Positions 37,089 through 47,417 of a stretch of 64,000 nucleotides of DNA are shown here, piece by piece; position 1 is the first letter of the stretch; every line of letters begins with the position of its first letter. The stretch spans positions 21,142,001 through 21,206,000 of the forward strand of contig OX597822.1 of assembly GCA_951406725.2 (NCBI GenBank), in the 5' to 3' direction. This stretch comes from Octopus vulgaris. Its lineage: Eukaryota. The notes beneath the pieces are model-generated. The model saw only the letters and a program-made list of their open reading frames with translations. It was not told where the DNA came from and searched no databases. A program made the position numbers and the translations under genes.

Positions 37089-37366
37089 GTTTTGGGTAAA
37101 AAGGAACGACTGTGGGCCAAATAAATGCATCTAGTTTGGGGTTACAGTTCCTTTAATTACTCAGGATAGTTTCTTTTGATTTTGTTTATCGAAACCTACA
37201 ATCACATGTTCGAATGAAGTCAGTTATATCGATTTCAATACTTCAACTGATAATTACTTTATCAACTCTGCAAATGTTTTCTGCTTAGAAATTTGCGGAT
37301 TCTACATACACACATGAAGCAGGTAAGAATATGCAAGGCTTTTTGCAAGCACGTGCGCGCGCGCGT

Positions 37367-37405
<39 letters not shown>

Positions 37406-37884
37406 AGAACAAGCATGCACACACAACCCTTTAGCTTTCTTCTCCTCCTCCCAGTTTATCAGCTGTCATGGAGGTCCTGAAGATATCCAGAGTGAATTGT
37501 CGAGTTGTTATGGAAACAACTGAATGCTTGCTTTGGTTTTGTTGAGTTAAAATGAAGGAATGCCAAAAAGCGTAATTACCATAGGGTGTTTTAAATGACC
37601 ATCTATCAATTCTGCTTTCCAGTGAACTCGCAATAGTTTGTAAGTTAGCAAAATTTGCATATCTGAGAGATAGAACAGTCAGTAAAGTTAACCCTCTTTA
37701 TTTAGTTGGTACTTTATTAACTACAGGGACAAAAGGTGCAGTTGACTTTGGTACATTTTGAACTTAAAAATATAAATAGGCACAACTAAATACTATATAA
37801 CACAAGGCTATATTTGTCACATAGACTTAATTGGGTACATGAGAAAAGATGGACTGCAAAAGCCAGGTGTGTTTTATACTAATT

Positions 37885-38086
37885 GACATAATCAATGCTA
37901 CTACTACTATTATCATCATCATTATCATCATCATCCACTGCCGCCACCACCACCACCTCTACAAAAACACCAACACTATAATTGCTGCCATCATACACAT
38001 CCACTGTCACCACTACACCACCACCACTGCCAAGATAACCACATCTACCACAGCTGTTTGCTTACTGCTTACCCACTCAGAAAATA
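37885..38086 (-). repeat. Near-identical inverted copy of 36001-36187
   Basis: Shared IINATTT...HCRHHHHLYKNTNTIIAAIIHIHCHH translation in ORFs 36071-36382(-) and 37849-38097(+); differs mainly in (ATC)n length. Confidence 0.92.
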
Positions 38087-38544
38087 TGGTGTGGTAGAAT
38101 TTCTTGAATTGAAAAGAAAAATATAAAGTTATATGATGTATGTCATATAGAGTGCTCTTCAATACAAGCATACACATTACATAAGAAAATCTGGTTTGTA
38201 TTTTTCAGGAAGTCCTTCTATGAATACCAAGTTTCACTTGTGTTCTGAAGATAATCATAAGAAAACTGTCTATATAAGCTGAAATTCCAAGTCATGTAGA
38301 TCAATTGCATAGTAGAATTACTTAAATTAAACAAGAATACACACACACACACACACACGCAAAATGTGTGTGTGTACTATGAACGAGTGTGATACATTGT
38401 CAAAAAATAAAAAGTGCACTCAAAATAGAAACTAAAGGTTATATAGTTTTATAGTGATCATACAAACAAATGAATTTGCATAACTCCTTGTATGAATCTG
38501 GGTAGGCTGTGGTAATGAGATGATTCTGCTTTGGGTCAGGAACA

Positions 38545-38735
38545 TTTGCTAATACTTATCTGTCACTCTCTCTTTATTTTCTCTCCTTGTTTCTTTTTGC
38601 GTTCCTTTCTGTGGAAGGGCGTAGGCTCGAAACGTAAAAGACTTTTTCACTTCCTGAGCGTTAAAATAATACATCTGTTTATAGTCTACACCACCTGTCT
38701 TCCTCTTTTGTTTTTTTTGGGAATTCTCTCTATAT
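38545..38735 (+). mobile_element. Penelope-pLTR-like short repeat with variant hammerhead core
   Basis: CUUU CUGUGGA A GGGC GUAG GCUC GAAA CGU A AAAG at 38605-38640; downstream TTCCTGAGCGT...AATA resembles the 18.6 and 53.0 kb repeats. Confidence 0.55.
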
Positions 38736-39338
38736 GTGCCCAGAACCTAACTTCTATGTTACTCCAAGTCAAACTGTGGTGATGTAATCAGTACTTATTT
38801 CAAGAACAAAAGTCAACATGCTGAAATCTAGGACCATCAGGTCTCCTACTTTAACTCTTCCTCATCTGAACTATTTTTTCTCCGTACAAATGGCCTTATA
38901 ATTTCTAAAATTATATTTACAGTATCCTGACCCCCACCAAAAAATGTCAGTTGGTACAGAATATACTTACTCTAAATTAAAATCTAATTCAAAATATGAA
39001 ACTTTTTTCTGTTTTCATACAATTTATATATAATAGGAGACATGGAAAAAATGATAGTTTATTTGCAGACAATCTTAATGAAGAGGCTGCTACTAATATT
39101 TGCACAAGCTATTGCAAGTGCCAGTCAAATCTCTCAGAAATCACTCCCTTAAATGAAATCTGTATCGAACAATATAGTTTGTGCCTTTCATGATGTTTTT
39201 TCAAATATGACTAATCTGAGGTCACACAACACCTAAGTTTATTCCGTGCTGAAGAAGGAAGACCTAGATACAATACTCAAATTTCCTTTAAATAACTCTA
39301 TCATTTTAAATGAGTAAAGTTTTAATAAGGGTAACTAG

Positions 39339-39375
<37 letters not shown>

Positions 39376-40269
39376 CACACACACAATTTGAAAAATATAT
39401 TTTCCATTGATGTGCATAATTTTCACTGTTTAATTCTAATACAGTTTTGGTTGATTTTAAATATACAAAAATACCATGAGTACATTTTTCTTTCCATTTT
39501 CTTCATTTTACTTTCATTTCACTTCTCTGTAAGTGAGGTGGACCGTTCACTAAATGAATGCTTATGTAAGAATAGTTTTTAATATTTTGCTGAATAATTT
39601 CAAAAAATGGATAACAGTTTCAAATATTAAAGCTAACTTCTGGAAACTTAGAGAAGCTATGGATGAGTTCAATAAAAACAAAGTAAATGCTAGAATAATT
39701 TAAAAAAAAAACAAAAAAAACAATACATATATAAAAATCAGAACTAGTATAATTGTATTTTCTATAACTTTGATATTTGTTATATGGAAAAAGCCCTGTT
39801 TTGGAGTATATATATGTTATGCATATACACACACAATAGTCATATTGCCCTTATTACAATAAATATTTGAATTTTGTTTTTATATAAGCAAAAATATATA
39901 TACTTCATTTTATATATTTTTTATTTCTACAGTTTATATAATTTTTATTTCAGAAATAATTTGAGTAGATCCCTACACATCTGCTTGCATGTATGTGTGT
40001 ATAAATGCATGTACAATGAGTAACTAATATTTAGCTGTCATTAGCATTGTATAGAATGCCTTGTGGTATTTGTTTTGAATCTGTGCTCAAACCCCTCTGA
40101 GGTCTAATCCCCTTTGCTTTTCATCCTTTCAGGGTTAATATATAAAGTATCAATTTAGGGTTAGTGTAACTGTAAGAATATAAGGCCTGCTAAACATTCT
40201 AATGGTCATCTCAGGTGCTTTGGTGGAGCCCATTCTGTTGTAAGCAGTCAGGTGAGGCTCCCTTCTCTC

Positions 40270-40298
<29 letters not shown>

Positions 40299-40300
<2 letters not shown>

Positions 40301-40914
40301 AATAGTTATCGCCATACTAATATGGCAGTCTTATAAATATAAGACTAAAGCTGTCGCTGATTAGCTCCATAAGGCCATCGCCTTAAGCTAGCTATTTGAC
40401 ACACAAACTGCGTCCATTATAAACCTTCGAACAAGGGAGGTCAGCCGCTTCATCCTGCCAGTCAGACAGCTACAGACGACGTTTCAGGGTTGTTGCCCCT
40501 TATCAATGCAGCGTAGTCAGACTTGCAGGTGTCACTACTGATCGTCCCAGTTCGAAGTCTTTATTTACCTAGAAATATTAAAATTACTAAGTCTCTCTAA
40601 AGGAGATTACGACAGCGTTACTGGAAATTAATAGTTATCGCCATACTAATATGGCAGTCTTATAAATATAAGACTAAAGCTGTCGCTGATTAGCTCCATG
40701 AGGCCATCGCCTTAAGCTAGCTATTTGAAGGTTTATAATGGACGCAGTTTGTGTGTCAAATAGCTAGCTTAAGGCGATGGCCTCATGGAGCTAATCAGCG
40801 ACAGCTTTAGTCTTATATTTATAAGACTGCCATATTAGTATGGCGATAACTATTAATTTCCAGTAACGCTGTCGTAATCTCCTTTAGAGAGACTTAGTAA
40901 TTTTAATATTTCTA
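40299..40914 (-). mobile_element. Young hammerhead-containing retrozyme/Penelope-like element: 329-nt unit, partial tandem plus inverted copy, in (TA)n
   Basis: AATAGTTATCGCCATAC...GCTATTTGA at 40301 and again at 40630 (period 329); 40727-40914 is an almost exact inverted copy spanning the unit junction; TA tracts on both sides. Confidence 0.85.
40460..40523 (-). ncRNA. Type I hammerhead ribozyme with U3-A8 core variant
   Basis: Minus strand: AGUCUGACUAC GCUGCA UUGAUAA GGGG CAACAA CCCU GAA AC GUC GU C UGUAGC UGUCUGACU. Stem I GCUGCA/UGUAGC with a distal extension, stem II, 2-bp stem III, GUC cleavage triplet. Confidence 0.75.
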
Positions 40915-41894
40915 TTATATATATATATATATATCGTTGCTGTTATGTTAAACTGTATGTCCAAATTTGGCCAAATGTGTCTTATTCAATATTTATTTTT
41001 GCTTGCAATAGCTGGTTCATTTGGTCAAACTACCATATTCAGCTACTTCAGATGCCAAGATATCAAAAATTGTCAAGGTGTAGTACAATGGCTTTGCTAT
41101 GAAATGGTGAAGCTATTTCTTCATTTTCTGAAACAGCAGTGTGTTGGACTTACAACACTTTTGCATAATAGCAATGATATATAATGTGGTAAATGCTTCA
41201 ACAAGTAGAAAATCGCTTGACCAGTTTATCTTGTAAAATTAAAATCCACAAATCTTGGATAGCTGTATTTACAAGAACCCAACTTCTCTGTCACTCTGTC
41301 AGTCAAACTATGGTAATTTAATCAAAACTTATTTCAAGAACAAAATCAATGTGCTGAAACCTTGAACCATCCCACTCAAAAAGTACCTGAATAAGGGTTG
41401 GGGTTTTATCATGTATCTGTCTCTTGTGTTCTAGGGAAGTGGATATCTACTAAGTGCAAGAATCCTCTATCTACATTTGTTCTAACATTAATGAAGAAAG
41501 GAGCGGGGGTGAACCATAAAACTTTCTAAGACCTATTCTTATGACCAGATGATAAAGGAGGTGAGGGATTGTAGAAGATTTTATCAGTAAAGCTGCTATC
41601 TTCTAAGGCCCCATTATAAATATGAGACTGCCATTCCAAATATTTCTTGACATTAAAATTATTGTAATTTTGGTTTTCTCCCTTTTGTTTTTCTCCTTGT
41701 CATCTTTACAAGTGTCTCTTGTTTAAACGTTGTCTGCTCAGAAGACAACTGACAAGCAGTCTTGTTTTCAGCATGAAAATTGGCAGAATGAATTATTATT
41801 TTGACCAGGAAACCCTGGGTAGCTGTATCAGCAAGATTTGTGGTTTTTTATTTTAAGATTATATATATATATGCGCTGTGTTGTTGGCATCATT

Positions 41895-42335
41895 TTTGTC
41901 TTGGGAGACAATGGAGTTGTGCTTAAAATAATCTAGTTCGGCTTTTACATTTCATGTCCTAATACATCTGCTGTGGCTGTGTAGTCACAAACACTCCCTC
42001 TGGCAGGTGCCGCAAATGTAGCGAAGACTTTGCCTGGCTGGTTGTAATGTCATAGTATCTTGTTGACGTCTTGTTTTGTCTTTCCATTTCTCCTCTCTCT
42101 CTATGTCACTCCTTTGTGTTCCCTCTTTTACGGTACGTCACCATCCTCCATGGTTGCTGGCAACAACCTCCCAGTTGCTAATATTGATATCACAGGCCTT
42201 CATGTCCCTTTTGCAAACATCCTTGTATCGTAAGAATGGTCTTCCCACAGACCTAGTTCCCCAAGCAAGCTCTCCGTAGAGTATGTCCTTGGGGATTCTG
42301 CCATCTTCCATACGGCTAACATGTCCAAGCCTGGG
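41895..42335 (-). mobile_element. RTE (BovB-like) LINE 3' end
   Basis: LGHVSRMEDGRIPKDILYGELAWGTRSVGRPFLRYKDVCKRDMKACDI..NWE...YICGTCQREC..LHSHSRC. Confidence 0.92.
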
Positions 42336-42689
42336 TAGCGAATTTCTTCACTACTTCGGGGAGTGACGACCCTGCCTGACAAAAGTCCCAGGCTCAGCTG
42401 GCTCCGGCTGATAGTACCTGGTATGGGTCCCTATCCAGGGTTACGGAAAGGAGACAACCTTCAAAGAAATCCGGAGTGGAGCCCCAAAGGCGGTTTAGTG
42501 TTTGACTTGATACTCTTCCGGCAGCTCCTGCAACCAAGCTGGTGCCAAACATAATGCTCTGCACTCCTTTGGACTACATCAGAAAGGTCGAGAGAGGAAT
42601 CCTGACAATTGGGCTACCCAGGATTTTCTTATTTCTAGCCCAGGCCTGCACAAAACTGGAGAGGACACTTCAGTGCTGGTGTAAAAAGT

Positions 42690-42690
<1 letters not shown>
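42336..42690 (+). mobile_element. Probable RTE 5'-UTR segment, inverted relative to the adjacent 3' end
   Basis: GC-rich CCGGAGTGGAGCCCC...GGCAGCTCCTGCAACCAAGCTGGTGCCAAAC...CCTTTGGACTACATCAG resembles RTE 5' UTRs (recognition from memory, not searched). Confidence 0.55.
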
Positions 42691-42739
<49 letters not shown>

Positions 42740-42742
42740 ATA

Positions 42743-43983
42743 CAGGGGCTGAACAAAATAATGGAAACACCTTAAAATTTCAAACAAACTTATTTTAATA
42801 TGGAGTAGGACTGCCTTTGGCAGTAATTACAGCTTGAATTCTATGAGGTATGGACTCATACAAAGTTTGAATTGTTTTCAAAGGAATTTTTGTCCATTCT
42901 TCAACTAAAATAGTCTCCATTTCTTGTAGTGATGATGGTGGAGGGTATTGACTCCTTACTTGTTTTTCTAAAATACACCATAAATGTCCAATAATATTGA
43001 AATCTGGGGACTATGGTGGCCAGATAAAATGTTCAACTTCACTAGAATGTTCCTTGTGCCATTCAGTAACAACTTTAGCTGTGTGAATTGGTGCATTATC
43101 ATCCTGAAAGATTGCGTTTCCCTCCAGAAACAGTTCCACAACCATAGGATGAATTTGATCAGATAAAATGCTTAAATAGTCTTGACTATTAATTCTGCCA
43201 TGAAGGAAACCATTGGACCAGTGGATTTCTAAGATATAGCCCCACCAAATCATCACAGATCTTCCTCCATGTTTAACAGTTGGAAGAACTGGGTCAAATG
43301 CTTCTTTTAGCTGTCTCTACACGTATACTCAGCCGGTAGTCGGAAATAAGGTAAAGGATGATGTGTCTGAGAAAATAGCATGTTCTAGGGACCAATTCTG
43401 TAGGTTTTTACTCCACTCTAAATGCTTTGCAACATTTGTTTTTGAAAGTAGTGGTTTTCTGATTGCATCCCTTCCATGAAATCTGGGTTTGTGCAGCTCC
43501 TGGCAAACAGTTTTTGTGGAAACTAGGTTCTCGAGGTGGTCATTAAGCACTGCAGTAATTTTGGGAGCTGTCCTTTTGTGATCTTTTCTAACAATTGTGA
43601 TCTTTTCTAACTGTTCCTATCTGAGAGTTTTGGTTTTCTTCTGGAGTTTTGATTTGATGGGGAAGTTTTTCTCTCTTTCCCAGAGGCTGTCATAACTTTT
43701 GATGCAGTACTTCTTGATACACCAAACATTTTGGCTGTTTTCGTTATGCTAGTGCCTGCCATACGAGCACCAACAATTTGCCTTCTTCGAAAGTCCAATA
43801 GATCTCATTTTAATAAATTTTAATTACCTTTTTCTGATATCTGAAAAGAAACACCAATTTAAGCAAAACATATTAAGCAACACTAATAATAAATCAAAAA
43901 CATAAAGATAAACCAGCTTTTTATGGTTTTATAGATATTTCAAAATTATGATGCTAGGTATTAACATTATTTTATCCAACCCC

Positions 43984-43985
<2 letters not shown>
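42743..43985 (-). mobile_element. Full-length inactive Tc1-like (DD34E) transposon
   Basis: TIRs CAGGGGCTGAACAAAATAATG and CATTATTTTATCCAACCCCTG, within (TA)n. Confidence 0.95.
42795..43808 (-). pseudogene. Tc1 transposase pseudogene
   Basis: DFRRRQIVGARMAG (paired-like HTH), RKPLLS, IFSDTSSF, FQDDNAPIH, WPP*SPDFNIIGHLW, ...AVITAKGSPTPY*; fragmented into ORFs 43607-43798, 43329-43550 and 43011-43256. Confidence 0.93.
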
Positions 43986-44020
<35 letters not shown>

Positions 44021-44930
44021 TGATATGAGGTCAGTCGGAGAAAAAGTGGTGTGACCCAGTTTTGTGGTTTGGTGCCAGATGGACTGGGGAGACAAGTTAT
44101 TTGGCTTTGTCTTGTCACCGGTAAGGGAAATTAATGAGGTTGGAAGATACCTCTGACCCTTATTCGGTCAAGCAAAGTTTAAGAAAAAATAAATCTACCA
44201 CCCTTTAAAATGCGGCGAGCTGGTGTTTGTTGGTCAGTTTTGCCTGAGACAGTCAGTTGGCAACAGGTCAGTTTGGCGTGAGGGTTGGCCAGAGACAGTT
44301 CAGTCAGATCGTGAGCGGAGGGGATAAGAGAGTGAGATGGAGATGACGGTGAGAAGGCATGGCTATTTGTAGTGGGAGCTTTTGTGATGATTCAGGGAGT
44401 GTTGCAGACTAGAAAACGTACGGTAATGTTCTGTTTATGTTTTCGTTGTTGAATTTTTGGTGGTGATGTGCGTTAAAAGAAAAGAGAAAAGAACTTGTGA
44501 ACTGTGTTAAAAAAAAGGGGAAAAGAACATTGTGACGTAAACTGTAATCTGTTGAAGAGAAAAAGGAAAGACTTTAATGTGGACTGTTTTCGAACTCTGT
44601 ATTGTGTTGAACATTAATGTGGATTGTTTTCGGATGTTCTGTATTGTGCATGCATTTATTATTGTTTTTCTTTTTAACTCTGTATTTTCTTTTATGTAAC
44701 GGCAATGTATTACGTTTTGATTGATGTTGTAACAATTGTATAAACTGTTGTTAAATGTAAGCAACTGCCTTCCGCCGTGTCTCTCCCTTCCTGTTGTTGT
44801 TGTCTCTGGTCTGCGTTCGCTGCCAATCTACCACCGTTTTCTGTGGTGGATTTCCGTTTGACTGAGCGTGGTTGTTGTCGTCGCTTGGCTTAGGGTCCCG
44901 AGTTCAAGTTGAGTGACGGCAGGTTCATAA

Positions 44931-44932
<2 letters not shown>
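44021..44932 (+). mobile_element. Probable solo LTR (912 bp)
   Basis: TG...CA termini with short inverted ends TGATATGA/TCATAACA; TATA-like TTTAAAA (~44204) followed by TCAGT initiator-like motifs; non-coding; flanked by TA repeats. Confidence 0.7.
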
Positions 44933-44984
<52 letters not shown>

Positions 44985-44996
<12 letters not shown>

Positions 44997-45188
44997 AACA
45001 AACAAAATAGAATGCACTTATACAAGGTATGTGTTTTGTTAGCTCATGGGTCAGCTTTAGGCATAAGAGAATATGGCTTTTAGGTGTAATAGAATATATT
45101 CTCTTATGCCTAAAAATCACAGCTGACCCACGAGCTAACAAAACACATACCATGTATAAGTGCATTTGATTTTGTTTTTTTATATATA
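44985..45188. repeat. ~200-bp imperfect inverted repeat within TA tracts
   Basis: AATGCACTTATACAAGGTATGTGTTTTGTTAGCTCATGGGTCAGCT pairs with AGCTGACCCACGAGCTAACAAAACACATACCATGTATAAGTGCATT. Confidence 0.9.
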
Positions 45189-45352
45189 TGCAGGGGTTGG
45201 ATAAAATATACATACATACATACAAGGCTATCTTACTTGAAAACAAGGTTAGTGACAGAAAGGACAACAAGCTGTAGTATAGTGCTGCAACAAAGTTTGA
45301 TCTAACCCATATCAGCATAAAAGAAAAGGGGGAAACCTAAAAATGTTCATGC

Positions 45353-45610
45353 TATCATGTTATGTGTGTATATGTAAGATATATATATATACATATATCT
45401 GTCCACTTCTTAACAACTTGAAGGAAAAATGTTGTTTCTGCTAGTAAAAATAATATATAAATATATATATATATATATGTATGAATATATGTATATATGC
45501 ATATATATATATTATTTTTACTAGCAGAAACAACATTTTTCCTTCAAGTTGTTAAGAAGTGGACAGATATATGTATATATATATCTTACATATACACACA
45601 TAACATGATA
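45353..45610. repeat. Perfect ~105-bp inverted duplication around a TA-rich spacer
   Basis: 45353-45458 is the reverse complement of 45505-45610. Confidence 0.95.
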
Positions 45611-45793
45611 TATATACAAAATAAGAAAATGGAGAAATACATCGAAATCAATTATCAATTACCAGATAATACTCAATCACATACTTTATTAAACCACCAC
45701 ATAAGAAACTATAAGGTTAAACATAAAAAAGTAGAACAAAACAGTGTACATGGAGGGTTGCATTTACAACCCCTATCTCAATTTGTATATATA

Positions 45794-46190
45794 TACTCTT
45801 TTACTTGTTTCAGTCATTTGACCGCGACCATGCTGGGGCACCGCCTTTAGTCGAGCAACTCGACCCCGGGACTTATTCTTTGTAAGCCCAGTACTTATAC
45901 TATCGGTCTCTTTTGCCGAACCGCTAAGTGACGGCGACATAAACACACCAGCATCGGTTGTCAAGCAATGCTAGGGGGACAAACGCACAAACACAAACAT
46001 ACACACACATACATATATATACATATATACAATGGGCTTCTTTCAGTTTCCGTCTACCAAATCCATTCACAAGGCTTTGGTCGGCCCGAGGCTATAGTAG
46101 AAGACACTTACCCAAGGTGCCACGCAGTGGGACTGAACCCGGAACCATGTGGTTGGTAAACAAGCTACTTACCACACAGCCACTCCTGCG

Positions 46191-46193
<3 letters not shown>
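45794..46193 (-). mobile_element. SINE family A, well-preserved copy
   Basis: Full head-to-tail match to 21121-21520, with CpGs largely retained. Confidence 0.92.
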
Positions 46194-46223
<30 letters not shown>

Positions 46224-47375
46224 AAAGCTATCATAGCTGTAAGTAAACACAATGTGTAAATATTTTTAAATCCTTAAAACAGCAAAGAACTATAATAAAA
46301 TATTTCTCTATAAGTATTTGATAAACTTTCTCTGAATTAAACTTGTTCATGTTTTGCACATTCCTATATGATACTTAAATCTGAGAACTACAAATATATA
46401 TAAAAGATGTGGTGAAAGTTTTGTTTATACAACTTACATACAGCAATCTTGTTCATGGATCTCTATTCCTATCATTGTTTCAACAGTAACATTCAAATCT
46501 GATGCAAAGTTCTCACATAACCTAACCAAGCACATAATGATGATGATGATATAAGTAATTGTACAATTATGCATTACATAGATTTATTGATGCATTTTTT
46601 GCGTCTGTGAAACCTTAAGTAATGCTGTCTTGAGTGAAACTTAATACAGATATTTAAATTCATCAAAGTGTTGAATTTATTTTTATTTCATTTGTACATT
46701 TAGTTATGTGTGTATGTACATCTTTTTATGCATGTGTACAATTATTTTTATTCTGTTGCCAATTTATCATTGCACAGTGGCCACCTGAGTCAAAAATTTA
46801 AAATTTTCAACTCTAGTACATCAATCTATTTCTTTTATTGATTTCTCTACTAAACTGTCACAATTAGAGAACAAAAAGGGACAAACCAAAAAACATGCAC
46901 AAAGGTGCACCTGCATACACACACATGCACAATTTTAGAACATAGACCCAACAAACAGATATGCACATCCATGCACTTACATGTACACAGCATATGCATA
47001 CACATGTACGTATTCACACACTCATGGTTTTTACAAAGTGTACATTTACCAAATTTGACTCAGAAGATATTAGTTTCCCTGAGGTTATAGGATAAGATAT
47101 TCGTCCACAGCTCTACCTAGTGAAATCAAACCTAAAATTAAAAAGTTTTGAAGCAAACCTCTTAACTACACAGCCATATATTTTAGGCATAAAATTATAA
47201 TAATAAAGAAAAACTTTTCTTGATACATTTCTTTGATCTTTCTGATTTAACTGAATTCTTTTTTTATTTAACATTTTCAGATATGGATGTGTGAGTGTAT
47301 ATATATATGTGCGTGTGTATGTATGTGTATAATTGTATATGTGTGTGTGTATGTATGTATGTGTATAATTGTATA

Positions 47376-47417
<42 letters not shown>

